64,000 nt of DNA from positions 92,506,001-92,570,000 of the forward strand of contig NC_045696.1 of NCBI RefSeq assembly GCF_009834535.1. Reading direction: 5' to 3'. Position numbers and translations under genes: made by a program. The stretch is from Camelus ferus (taxonomy: Eukaryota). The notes beneath the pieces were generated by a model. That model made no database searches. It saw only the letters and a program-made list of their open reading frames with translations, and was not told the DNA's origin. Position 1 is the stretch's first letter. The number at the start of each line of letters is the position of its first letter. Shown in pieces: positions 13,286-26,174 of this stretch.

Positions 13286-13759
13286 GTAGTCTGGACATGT
13301 CAAAAACGCCTACCTTGGCCCTGGAAGTGGGTGATCATTCAGTAAACCAAGCAGGGTTTGGGCTAAATCTCCCTGGACTCTTTTCTCATTCCCAGAAGGT
13401 TCAGGCTGGTCCCCCACCTGAGGCTCCTCTGCTCTTCTACTCTCCTCAGGCCCAGCTCCAGGTCATTCTGCCATCCAGCCCCCTGCAGTCATTCCACCTT
13501 TCATCTTGGAGCCGATTCACTTCAGTGTTGGAGCAGCTTGTCAGTGAATGATAACACTAATAATCACAGAATTATGAAAAAAAAATCACAGAATTATGGA
13601 ATGTTCTGGTCCCATGCAACATTCGTGTGTGATTAGCTAGACAAGCCCCTTAATTTTACAGATAGGTACTCTGATACCAGGGGGCCTAAGAGACTTGCCC
13701 ATGACTACCTAACTATAAAGCATTGGAGGAGGTGAGGGAAAGGACCCACTATTTCTTGA

Positions 13760-13950
13760 AATGTACTAAGTGTTTACCACATGCCACGCTGCGAGTTTTA
13801 TATCCATTCCCTCATCCTTCCAATCATCCTGCAACGTGGGTTCATCACCACCATTTTCCATACGAGGACACTGAGGGTTACAGATTTTCAGTAACTTGCC
13901 AGAGATAAGTAAATGGCTGGGCTGGACTCCAGCCTTGTTCTCTGCCCCAG
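13760..13950 (-). mobile_element. MIR
   Basis: ccattttccatacgaggacactgaggg...agtaacttgcc. Confidence 0.65.
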
Positions 13951-14699
13951 ACCTTCCCAGTCTTTTCAAACTCCACAGGGCCAGCTCCCTATTGCAAAGA
14001 TAGAATGAAAACTTGAAGAGGAGGTTCCAATATAGCTTTAATCTGAAAACCCCTCAAGTTGATACTGCTGGCTAGGATATACAGGAAGCTGACCTTTCCC
14101 ATGATCTTTCCACCATAAAGTATTTCTAGTTGTGACCTTTCAGGAAAATCTTAGCACGTACTGGGTCCTTAACCAGTGATACATGTTACAAAACCACCAG
14201 GCTTCCAAATAGCTTCTTCCATTATTACGATGGAATAGGAGGAAAGGAGAAAATAGAAGACTCTTTCACTGTCAAGAAAAAATGTAGCTGACTTCTGTCA
14301 AAGCAGTTATTCCTGGAATGTCTAATTACTAAACCAGAGGCTATTATCGCAAAGTCAAGCATTTCATTCTCTTCATTCCAGCAAGAAGCCCTTAGGAAGC
14401 TCAATTCAGCAGCAGAGGGAAAAAATCCTTCTTCTGAAAACTGAAAAATTCAGTTTTATTTGAAAGAAAATCCTGCCATCTCCTTGGCAAGAACTGCATA
14501 GCATGCACAGTAAATAAAACAGGATGACTCAGAAGGCCCCAATTTCCTCCTTTAGGCCTTCTCCTGGAGCTGGGACCTGCCCCATCTCAGCACTGAAGGG
14601 CATGCCAGGCACAGGGCACAAATCAACAGGTACAGGGCAGACCGTCCCTCTGGCTCCGACAACCCTAAATACTTAAATCTTCCCATTTCTAGTATGACA

Positions 14700-14862
14700 T
14701 ACAGTTAACATTTATTGAGCACTAACCACGTGCCATGCATTGTGCTAACTACTCGACATGCATTTTCTCATTTGAATGCCACAACTCTATAAAGTAGGAA
14801 GCACTATTATCTCCATTTTATGAATAAGGAAATTGAGGTTTGAAAAGGTTAAGTAACTTTCT
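14700..14862 (-). mobile_element. MIR
   Basis: gttaacatttattgagcact...tgccatgcattgtgcta...ctccattttatgaataaggaaattgagg. Confidence 0.85.
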
Positions 14863-15169
14863 TGAGAGAAAAAAACCTATGTTTCATGCTGCCTGGTGAA
14901 TCAGAGTGAAGCCGTGTCCTTAGGCCCCTTGAGAAAGAAGAGAATGGAAGGACAGGAAGACAAGTTTTTTAGTTTCTACTTTGTATCCAGCACCAGGCTA
15001 GGCGCTTTGCACCCCTTATCTCTCCCTTCCTCATGACAAGCTGGTTTATGTGAACAACCCAATTTTCTGTAAGAGCTATCAAGCTAAGTAGATGGTTGAG
15101 TGATGATCTGACACAGATCATCTATTCTAAATATCCATTTCTACATACATCATGTGTGTGGAAATGACT

Positions 15170-15268
15170 GAAATCCTGGCTCTGGGATACTTTGGCTGTA
15201 TGATCTTCGGCAAATCCCTGAGCCCTGGTGTCCCTACTTTTAAAAGAGGAATAAAAAATCCCTCCTTA
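15170..15268 (+). mobile_element. MIR fragment interrupted by the L1 stack (resumes ~17486-17525)
   Basis: aaatcctggctctg...ggctgtatgatcttcggcaaatc...tttaaaagagga. Confidence 0.55.
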
Positions 15269-17470
15269 GAAATACAAATCAAAACCACAATGAGGTATCA
15301 CCTTGCACCAGTCAGAATGGCCATCATTAAAATGTCCACAAATGATAAATGCTGGAGAGGGTGTGGAGAAAAGGGAACCCTCCTACACTGTTGGTGAGAA
15401 TGTAGTTTGGTGCAGCCATTATGGAGAACACTGTGGAGATTCCTCAAAAAACTGAAAATAGACTTACCACATGATCCAGCAATCCCACTCCTGGGCATAC
15501 ATGCAGAGGGAACTTTAATTCAAAAAGACACATGCACCCCAATTTTAATAGCAGCACTATTTACAATAGCCAAGACACGGAAACAACCTAAATGTCCATC
15601 AACAGATGACCAGACAAAGAAGTGGTAGTATATTTATACAATGGAACACTACTCAGCCATAAAAAAGAGTAAAAGAATGCCATTTGCAGCAACATGGATG
15701 AACCTGGAGAATGTCATTCTAAGTGAAGTAAGCAAGAAAGAGAAAGAAAAATATCATACGGTATCACTTACATGTGGAATCTAAAAAAAAAAAAGAGACA
15801 AATAAACTTATTTACAAAACAAAAGCAGACTCACAGATATAGAAAACAAACCTATGATTACCAGGGGGCTCAGGGGGTGAGAAAGGATAAATTGAGAGTT
15901 CAAGATTTGCAGATACTAGCAAAACAAAATGACAACCTACAGAATGGGAGAAAATTTTTGCAAAAAATAAATCTAGCAAAGGCTTGATCTCCAGAATATA
16001 TAAGCAGCTCATACGACTTAATAAGAAAAAAAAAACCCAATCCAAAAATGAGCAGAAGACCTAAACAAGCAATTCTCCAAGGAAGACATATAAATGATCA
16101 AAAAGCACATGAAAAAATGCTCAATATCACTAATTACCAGAAAAATGCAAATCAAAACTACAATGAGGTATCACCTCACACCAGTCAGAATGGCCATCAT
16201 TCAAAAATCCACAAATGGCAAATGCTGGAGAGGCTATGGAGAAAAGGCAACCCTCCTACACTGCTGGTGGGAATGCAGTTTAGTGCAGCCACTGTGGAAA
16301 ACAGTATGGAGATTTCTCAAAAGACTAGGAATAGACTTACCATATGACCCAGGAATCCTGCTCCAGGGCATATACCCAGAAGGAACCCTACTTCAAAAAG
16401 ACACCTGCACCCCATTGTTCATAGCAGCACTATTTACAATAGCCAAGACATGGAAACAGCCTAAATGTCCATCAACAGATGACTGGATAAAGAAGATGTG
16501 CTATATTTATACAATAGAATACTATTCAGCCATAAAAAATGACAACATAACACCATTTGCAGCAACATGGATGTCCCTGGGGAATGTCATTCTAAGTGAA
16601 GTAAGCCAGAAAGAGAAATACCATATGAAATCACTCATATGTGGAATCTAAAAAAACAAACCAAAAAAACCCCCCAAAAAACAACAAAGCATAAATACAG
16701 AACAGAAATAGACTCATAGACATAGAATACAGACTTGTGGTTGCCAAGGGGGTTGGGGGTGGGAAGAGATAGACTGGGATTTCAAAATTGTAGAATAGAT
16801 AAACAAGATTATACTGTATAGCACAGGGAAATATATACAAGATCTTATGGTAGCTCACAGAGAAAGGAATGTGACAATGAATATATATATGTTCATGTAT
16901 AATTGAAAAATTGTGCTGAACACTGGAATTTGACACAACATTGTAAAATGATTATAAATCAATAAAAAATGTTAATAAAAAAGAACATAAGTACAAAACA
17001 GAAGCAGACTCATAGACATAGAATACAAACAAGGGGGAGGGGGTGGGAAGGGAATAGACTGGGAGTTCAAAGTTTGTAGATACTGACAGGCATATGCAGA
17101 ATAGATAAACAAGATTATATTGTATAGCACAGGGAAATATATACAAGATCTTGTGGTAGCTCACAGCAAAAAAGTGACAATGAATATATGTATTTTCATG
17201 TATAACTGAAAAATTGTGCTCTCCACTGGAATTTGACACAACACTGTAAACTGACTAAAACTCAAAAAAAGATCTGCAGATACTAACTACTATATATAAA
17301 ATAGATAAACAAGCTTATACTGTGTAGCACAAGAAAATATACTCATATCTTGTAGAAACCTATAATGAAAATGAATATACGTGTGTATGTGCATGACTGG
17401 GACATTATGTTGTACACCAGAAATTGACACAACATTGTAAACTGACTACACTTCAATTAAAAAATAATTT
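15269..17470 (+). mobile_element. Outer 5'-truncated L1 (15269-15918 plus 17286-17470) hosting a nested L1
   Basis: ORF2 C-terminus homology ([18 protein letters not shown]); TSD AAAAATCCCTCCTTA 15254-15268 and AAAAATTCCTCCTTA 17471-17485. Confidence 0.93.
15919..17268 (+). mobile_element. Inner younger L1 3' end carrying two tandem 3'UTRs
   Basis: ORF 16094-16651 is nearly identical to 4065-4628; TSD AAGATTTGCAGATACTA 15902-15918 and AAGATCTGCAGATACTA 17269-17285. Confidence 0.93.
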
Positions 17471-18429
17471 AAAAATTCCTCCTTAAGTAAATAGGATGTC
17501 AACCAAGGAAACATATGGGAAACTTTACTACCTTCCACTTTTCCACACGCACACCCCCTTCCTCTGGTTTCTGCTGCGCCTGGTTGACACCTCTCAGAGC
17601 CCTCCCTGCTCAGCAATGCTCCTCAGCAGCGTCTGTGTGGGGGGACTGTGCTTGAGCCCCGGGGAACCTCCACACCATCAAAACCCAAGTCTTGGGGGTG
17701 GATCTGGCCCTCATCTGTTATTTAGTAAATAATGACTGTTGAGGATCTCCTGCTGTTTTCAGTCAAAGGGACTAGAGATGTCTTTGCCAAGTCCTAAATC
17801 CCTTAAGGGATCATTTGACCTGCTGGTCACCTTTGGGTGACTTCAGTCTCTGTTACTTCAGAAACCCTGGCCACAAACTCAGCCCCTTTAAAATCCAAAC
17901 TCCCAAAGCAATGTCCCCTCTCAAATATCCATTATTAGTTTCCTTTGAAGAGGTACCTTCTCCAGCAAACATTGATTAGATTTTATTTTTCAAAACCCTA
18001 TTTTTAACAAAAATTTGAGAAAATATGCAACAGAAAGCACACTCATATCCACCCCCATGTCATTCAGCCACAGTAAGAGTCAGGCAGTCCTAGAGCTACA
18101 GAGTCACACTTCTTGCCCTCCAGCTAAGGAAACATGGTCTTTCGTGTCTCGCTTTCACGTGAGCCACATGGGTGAGAAACCCACTGCACTGACTGAGCTG
18201 GGACCAACAGTGCAGGTCAGTCAGGCAGAGCATTTACAGAGGGTTGTTTCACAGGGCAGTGCCTGAGTCAGTGTCACTGTGTGTATCCAGCATTTGAATG
18301 AGGAAATTTAGACCTGCATTGTTCTTGAGCTAGGCATTTTACCAATACCACAGAATGTAAGAATGAAAGTTCTCCAAGGATTAAATAGAATAGAACACAG
18401 TTCACTCACAAGTCAGTTTCACACCAGTT

Positions 18430-18505
18430 CAGTGGTTTCTGACCAGAAGCATCGACATTATCTGGAAACTTGTTAGAAATTCAAACTCCCAGGCCTCAGA
18501 ATCAG
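18430..18505. mobile_element. MER5A-like fragment
   Basis: cagtggtttct...gaccagaagcatcgacattatctggaaacttgttagaaat. Confidence 0.55.
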
Positions 18506-19291
18506 CATGTCAGCACCATCCTGGTGGCCCAATCTCATGTTGTCTTACGAGAGAAATATGATGCTAGCCAAGAGAAGCTATCACCTGGATGCTTTTCTAG
18601 AACAAGGACCCTGACACAGAGCCTGGAACAACCCTATTCGTCAAGCCCTAAAGCTCCTGGACATCTGGTCAACCCAATACACAGCAGTGTAGAATCAGAG
18701 AGTGCCCAGGAGGAGAGAAGGGGAGACAAGGGCTTGTTGTGGACGTGGTCCAGGCTCAGAGCACCCCTGCTCAGATGGCAATAAGGGTCCTGGCTGAAAC
18801 TAAGCACTGGAGAGGCACTTAGAAAAATTTGAGGAAGATATTTTAAAGCATGGGAGGGGGTCCAGGGGAGAGGAGTGGTGGACAGCATGGGGGCCCCACT
18901 TGCTCAGGCCTAAGGACAGTCGTGCTAATGGCTTCTGTCTGCACAGCCAGCCCCCGCTGATTAGAACCAACCTCTGCTGCTCCTAGACCCACTTTGTTGC
19001 TTCCACAGAGCCCAGCATAGCATTTTTCATGTAAAAAGAGCTCAGTAAAATGTGTTAATTTCTCCACACATACATCTTATAGGTGTTTTTAACTAAAGGA
19101 AAAAGCATGCTAATTGTGCTGTAAACCAACCACCCTCACTCCCATGGGAAAACTGTGTGAGTCATAAGGCAATCACAGCAAGTCGGTAGCACACCTGAGA
19201 CCAGATTTCTCATCAGGTCTTTCTGACTCTGAGCACCTGCTTTTTCCACTACACCATGTTGCTTTGGGGCCATCAGAAGTTATGGAGCCCT

Positions 19292-19475
19292 AATATATAT
19301 ATATAATAGATAAACAAGGTCCTACTATATAGCATAGGGAGCTATATTTAATATCTCATAATAACCTATAATGAAAAAGGATATATACATATATATAAAT
19401 ATATAACTGAATCCCAATGCTGTATACTAGAAACTAACAACATTGTAAATCAACAATACTTCAATTAAAAAGAAA
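19292..19475 (+). mobile_element. Very short L1 3'UTR insertion
   Basis: Homologous to 29110-29295; perfect 15-bp TSD AAGTTATGGAGCCCT at 19277-19291 and 19476-19490. Confidence 0.93.
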
Positions 19476-19647
19476 AAGTTATGGAGCCCTGATATGGGGA
19501 AGGTTGGATTAGGTGGAACCCTATTTGCTTCAAGAGGAGTCAAAAAGGTCTCTGGTAAGAATCTCTAAAATGAAAGGTCTACAATCAAACTCTGGCTACA
19601 ATGGCAGGTCTCTTCTCTCCTCCTGCTAACTATCCTTCATTTAGACT

Positions 19648-20165
19648 GCGGTGCTTTAAAACAAATTATTTGACATTCCTCCTACAGAAAATGGACTAAT
19701 TCCCCTCCCCTGTATATGGGCTGGCATTAATGACTCATTTCTAATAACTTTAAAGTGGCAAAAGATATCTGCTGTCCTCTGAGGTAGGTTAGAAAAGCAA
19801 TTTGGCTCCTTCCCGGCTCTCTCTCTTCCTCTGTCCGCGCCTTGGGAGCCCTCCTCTACATATGAAAAAGAATCTGGCTACCTTGAAGAGGTACCCTCCT
19901 GGAGAGATCACATAGGAACAGTGAGAGATGGCCATGCAGCTCCAGATGGTCCAGGCTCCACCTGTTTGAGTCTTCCACCAGACATGCCAGTGGAGAGCGT
20001 TCAGACAACGCCATGCCTCTGCTAAAGCTGACATCAAGTAGATCAGAGACAAGCTGCCCCAGCTAAGCCCTGGCTAAGTTAGATTCATAAGCAAAATATT
20101 GTTATTGTTTTATGAGACTAAGTTTTGAAATGGTTTGTTTATACAGCATTACATAACCAGAACAC
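19648..20165 (+). mobile_element. MaLR solo LTR (MLT1G/H-like)
   Basis: tttgacattcctcc...gggctggcattaatgactcatttctaa; ends ttgtttatacagcattacataaccagaaca. Confidence 0.75.
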
Positions 20166-20779
20166 AGACCATAACAGGAGGCGAATGATACCCATGGAAA
20201 AGTAGAGGCAAATGTTAGCACTTAGAGGGGTGGTTTTCAGAATCTGTAAGTGACATATTTTTGCCTCTTTACCCAGTAAAGGATACAGAAAAGCACACCA
20301 AAGTCCTCCTTGCCAGAGATAGAAAGAAACCAGTAAAATAGGGGAATTGTTCAATTAGAGTTGCCCAGGAAATGTATTTTATTCTAAATGAGATTTCCAC
20401 ATCAGATCAAAATTATGATGAAATCAATTCAGCATGTTTTTCAAGAACTTTTCTTTTGCTGATATTTTACATACTTTCAGGTTAGAGGAAATTTTTACTT
20501 TGTGGTCTGTTTATGGATATCCCTGTGGATGCTTTTGCTTGTTCTACGTAGAAAATGCGTTGATTTTCCACTCTAGACGATTCTCCGGTGCTCCCAGGGC
20601 CCTGTCTGCTGAGTATCACGTGGCTTCTGCTGCACCTTGTCCTGCTGCTGCCTCCTCTAGAATCACTGGCTCTCAGTTTTGGTTTCCCCTTCTGAACTCT
20701 CCTCAATCACTCAACCACTCTGCCCTGTTTTTTCACATCTCGTCTCAGTCTTTGCCCATTCAAGCACCCTAGGCCCCTG

Positions 20780-21480
20780 CCCTGCCTGGTCCAGTACCCT
20801 GGGCAGCTATGCTTTTCTACATTCAACACTCTCCTGTCCCCATCCCCCTTCATTTCTTTTTTGGGTAATTATAATTATCTCCTAACTGGTCTTTTTGTTT
20901 CCAGTACCTCTCATCTGAAATCCAGGTACTATGTTGTTATCTAATACATCTTTCTAAAACAACAATCTCATCAAGTCACCAATGCCTCGAGAGTCAAATC
21001 CAGGCACATGACAGCACAAGGCCACTCATGATCTGGCACTGTCCTGCTCCAAGCCTCGTCGCACACACTTTCCTCTCTCCACGGCATTTTTTTCCAATAA
21101 TACCACTCTGCATATGGTTTCCTAAGTACACCATATTGCTTTAGGCTCCTTTGTGTTTAAAAATACCACTCTTTCTCTTCCCTACCCTTCTCACTACACA
21201 ACCAAAAAAGGAACTTCTATTTATCCTCCAAAACGTATCTCAGCTGTCACCTCTTCTAGGCCACCTTCCCTGACCCCTCCCTGAAGAGTTACTGCCTCCA
21301 CCTTGCACATGCTTCTATTGCTGCACAGGTCACAGTGAAGGAATCTAGGTATTTGCCTGTCAGCCTCCCCTACTAGACCTTAGCATCTGGAGAGAGACTG
21401 TCCTGTTCATCACTGCGTCCCAGAGCCTAACACAGAGCTATCTGCACAACAGGGCTCAGTAAATGCTTTTTTCAACTAAG
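20780..21480 (+). mobile_element. LINE-2 3' fragment
   Basis: ctcctaactggtct...tgtcacctcttctaggccaccttccctgacc...gggctcagtaaatgc. Confidence 0.75.
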
Positions 21481-21648
21481 TAGAAGAGAATAAAATAAAC
21501 AACCATTTAGTGGTGGGTTATCTGAATAATAGGCCAAGTGCCTTTAAAAAAAGACAAAATAAAAACAAACGAAAAAAATAGTCTCTAGCTGCTAGCCAGG
21601 CAAACCTAAACTTACAAAGTGTATATCACAATAACAAAGTTTAAACTT

Positions 21649-21786
21649 GGGTGAGGGTATAGCTCAGTGGTAGAGTATGTGCTTAGCATGCACGAGGTCC
21701 TGGGTTCAATCCCCACTATCTCTGTTAACAAAGATAAATGAACCTAATTACCTTCTCCCCCTCCAAAAATTTAAAAAATCAAAATA
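21649..21786 (+). mobile_element. Vic-1-type tRNA-derived SINE (camelid)
   Basis: A box tagctcagtgg, B box ggttcaatccc, body aacctaattacc, A-rich tail; TSD AACAAAGTTTAAACT 21633-21647 and AACAAAGCTTAAACT 21787-21801. Confidence 0.9.
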
Positions 21787-23029
21787 AACAAAGCTTAAAC
21801 TGGGTCAACAGCACTGTGGGAAGTGACAGCTGATTCAGTCAGATGAGAGGTGGGGGCCACCTGAACATAAACCATTTTGAGAGCAAGTTTTGTTATGTTA
21901 ACAGCTCATGTGATTCTGGTTGGAGTTAACCAGTTATGAACTAACCTTGTCAACAGCTCCAGTTTGATCTTTTCTTACATTAATATTTCTGAGGTTAGTC
22001 TTCAAATATTAATAAAAATGATAAGAAGCTGAACTGGATCCAAAGAAAAATAAAAATTATTACAGTTTAGAAAACGAGAGTGAAAAGAAAACATAAAAGG
22101 TGTTCAAAAACAAAATCACTTGTAAAAATTAACACTAAGAAATTAACTGAGTATTTGCATAAAATATTTGCTACAATAAAGTTTGCAGGAAAAAGAAATT
22201 TTTAATTGTAAAAAAAAAAATTGAAAACAAAATGATCAAAATAGGAGATCTGATAAACATCCACACATTTGATAGACAAGATATGGAAGTATAAACACAG
22301 AATTATGTTCAAAAAGATAGTTATTAAATTAATTAGATAATATATATAGTAAAATTCAGTTTTATAAATTTACATATGTATAAAATATGTATGGGAAAAA
22401 AGTCTGAAAGAAAATACAGAAAAGTGTTGGCAGTAATTATCTCTGAGTCTGAATTAAAGATTTTTTTATCTTGTTCATCTCTATTTTCTATTTTCTAAAA
22501 CCACCATGTGTTAGTATGTAATTTTTTTAATTACTGTAAAAATGGTAGAAATTGGCATGATTTAGAACCAGATTTAATAAGGAAACCTTTATAAACTTGG
22601 TTTCCAAGATGCACCAAATAAACATGAGTGAATTAGACATAAGGCCAAAGGTAGGCTGGGATGAAGACATGGAGATGCTACAATGCCAGGTTGAGGAGTT
22701 TAATCATTAAACAATATGGAACACCGAATCTTTTTTGTTCAGAAGAATGACTTGAACACAAGTGTTATTTAGAAAAATATTTCATGGATGGAACTGGATT
22801 GGTAGCTAATTAGATTAGATGGAAAGAGGGGAAAGCAGAAGTCAATGTTTTCAACTATAAGGTTTGAAGTCTAAGACATGGGGCAGACAGTGATAGCTTG
22901 GACAGGTCTCAAAGAGAAGGAGGAATTTGGAAATGCCAAAGGAAGATCATGAGTGAGCTGAACTTGAATTGTGCTCTATCAGTCAGGCAACTGCTACTGT
23001 CCACTCTTGGAAATTTGATGTGGATCCCT

Positions 23030-23122
23030 TCTGAGGGAAGGAGGGAAGAAAGGAAGGAAGGAGGGAGGGAAGAGAAAAGAAGGGATGGGGAAAGGGACGG
23101 GGAGGGGCAAGGGAAGGCAGGG
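23030..23122. repeat. GA-rich low-complexity tract
   Basis: (GGAA/GGGA)-like purine run. Confidence 0.8.
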
Positions 23123-24827
23123 TGTTTGTACATGTGAAAGATGACAGTTCTTATTAGTTTCAGATTTCCTAGACCAGTATTAAATTTCAGAGGCTAGACT
23201 TAACAGAAAGCTAAGTTTGGAAAGAAACTAAACCAACTCTCTGAAGAAAGACCTACCAAGGAATCAGAAGAAACTATATAGAAAGTAATTCTTTTAATCC
23301 TGAGCAATCTAAAGCTGAAAAGACATTGAAGGATCACACACACACCCAAAAAAAAGAGCAAAGGAAATGAGAAGCATAATATTTTTAAATCTCTCCATTG
23401 ATATTTTAATATAATTCTTGACTAATTTATCCTTTGCTCTTTTCCAAAGAGCTGTCTTGTTTTATCTCTTTAATGTATTCATAGTCATTTATAATTTCAG
23501 AGAAACTCTTTCAGTTCATTCCAAACTGGATTTTAGTGAAAAAGAACTGAATTGAATGTTGATGTGACTTCTCATTGACTTCATGATCTCCACTCCAGGC
23601 TGCAAACTCGGTACAATAAAACATCATTCTGTATAATCACCATCCTCAAAGGGTGTGTTATTAATCAAAGGATGTAAGACTCGTCTGTATCCTGTGTATT
23701 TAGAAGAGAGATAGATGTTCAAACAGAAGAGCCTGGCAAGATGGTGGAATAGAAGGACCCTAAGCTCACCTCTCACAAGCACACCAAAATCATAACTAAC
23801 TGCACAACAACTATTGATGAAACAAACAAACAAAAAAAACTAGAACCTATCAGAAAAGATCTTCTACAACTAAAGACATAAAGAAGGAATTACAACAAGA
23901 CAGGTTGGCAGGCAGACTCACAATATAATCAAATCCCATACCCCTGGGCGGGTGACCCACAAACTGGAGAATGAGTATACTGCAGAGGTTCTCCCACAGG
24001 AGTAAGAGTTCTGAGCCCCACGTCAGAACTGGCACCAGGGGTCTGGCACTGGGAAGAGGAGCCCCCAGAGCATTTGGCTTTGAAAGCCAGCAGGGCTTGA
24101 TTGCAGAAGCTCCACAGGACTGGGGGAAATAGAAACTTCATTCCTAAAGGGTGTACACAAAATCTCACATGCACTGGGGCCAAAGGTAAAAGTAGGAGCC
24201 TGAGCCAGGCCCACCTGCTGGACTTGGGGTGTCTCCTGGAAAGGTGGGGGGCCACTGTAGGTCACCCTGAGGACAGAGACAGTGGTAGCAGACATAATAG
24301 GGAGCATTCATTTATGTGAACACTCCTGGATGCTGACATCTTGGTTCATTAGCATCAAAACCTGGCCCTACTCAACAGCCTGTAGGCCCAGTGCTGGGAC
24401 ACCTCAGGCCAAACAAGTAACTGGGTAGGGACACAGCCACACACATCAGCAGACAGGCTGCCTAAAGACTTCCTGATCCCATATGCCACTAGACAAAAAA
24501 ACAGCCCTGCCCATCAGAGAGCCAAGACACAGCTCCACCTGGTGGGCACCGGCCCCTCCCACCAGGAAGCCTGCACAAGCCTCTAGACTAACCTCACCCA
24601 CCAGACACCAGAAGCAAGACAACTACAATCCCACAGCTTGCAGAACACGTCTGCAAACATATGCCAGACACTACCCTGGGACAAGCTGGCCCCTGGCCCT
24701 TGGGTGATGTGTGGGGAGTGCACTGCTGGGATGCACAGGACATCTCCTATAGAGGGCCACTTCTCCAAGGTGGGGAAGTGTAACTAATCTACACATACAT
24801 AAAAATACACATAGCAATTCAGACAAA

Positions 24828-25709
24828 ATGAGGCAAAAGAGGAATGTATTTCAGACAAAGGAAGAAGACAAAACCCCAGAAAAAGAACTAAATGACATGG
24901 AGATAGACAATCTATCCCAAAAAAGAGTTTAGAATAATGATTGTAAAGATATCAAAGAACTTGGGAGGGTAATGGATGCACAGAATGAAGTCAGAAGTTT
25001 TTAACAAAAAACTAGAAAATATCAAGGACAACCAGAGTTGAAGAATATAACTGAAATTAAAAATACACAAGGAATCAATAAAAGACTAAATGATGCAGAA
25101 GAATGAATCAGTGAGCTAGAAGATAGAGTAGTGGAAATCACCTCCAAACAAAAAAGAATGAAAAAAAAATGAAGATAGTTTAAGAGACCTCTGCTACAAC
25201 ATCAAGCACAATAATATTTGCATTATAGAGGTCCCAGAAGGAGAAGAGAGAGAGAGGAGGCTTAAGAAAATATATGAAGAGATTAATAGCTGAAAACTTC
25301 CCTACCCTGGGAAAAGAACAGTCACCCAAGTCCAGGAAACACAGAGAATTAATCTCATACAGGATTAACCCAGAGAGGAATACACCAAGACACACTGTAA
25401 CCAAAATGACAAAAATTAAAGATAAAGAGAGACTATTAAAAGCAATAAGTGAAAAGCAACAAATAACATATAAGGAACTCCCCTAGGCTATCAGCTGATT
25501 TTTCAGCAGAAACTCTGCAAGACAGAAGGAAGTGGCACAATATGCTTAAAGTGATGAAAGAGAAAAACCTACGAACAAGAACACTCTACCCAGGAATGCT
25601 CTCATTCAGATTCGAAGAGGAAATCAAAACCTTTACAGACAAATAAAGTCTAAAAGAATTTAGCACCACCAATACAGTTTTACAACAAATGTTAAAAGAA
25701 CTTCTCTAG
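24828..25709 (+). pseudogene. Decayed L1 ORF1
   Basis: Starts MRQKRNVFQTKEEDK; LIAENFPTLGKE and RINPERNTPRH in ORF 25274; ends LQQMLKELL*. Confidence 0.85.
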
Positions 25710-26174
25710 GTAGAAAAGACCACAACTAGAAACAAGAAAATTACAAAATGGAAAAGCTCACTGGTAAAGGCAAATATACAGTAAAGGCAGAAAATCATCC
25801 ACACACAAAGCTAGTAGGGAGGTTAAAAGACAAAAGTAGTAAAATCACCTTTATCCACAATAAGCAGTTAAAGGACGCACAAAGCAATTAAATATAAAAT
25901 ATGATTTCAAAAACAGTAATCAAGAGAAGAGAGTACAAAAGCAAGGTTTTTAAAATGCATTTGAAATTAAGAGATCAGCAACTCAAAACAATCACGATAT
26001 AAACTGCTATATAAAAACTCATGGTAACCACAAACCAAAATCTAAAGTAGATATGCACACAAAAAAGGAAAAGGAATCCAAACATTAAGACACTAAAGAT
26101 AATCAATCACGACACAAGAGCAAAAGAATAGGGAGAAAAAGACCTACAAAAACAAATCCAAAATAATTAACAAG

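Noticed and set aside
21649..21725. tRNA-Ala-like gene
   Set aside because: It is followed by a SINE body, A-tail and TSD and has a homologue at 32460, so it is a SINE head rather than a tRNA gene.
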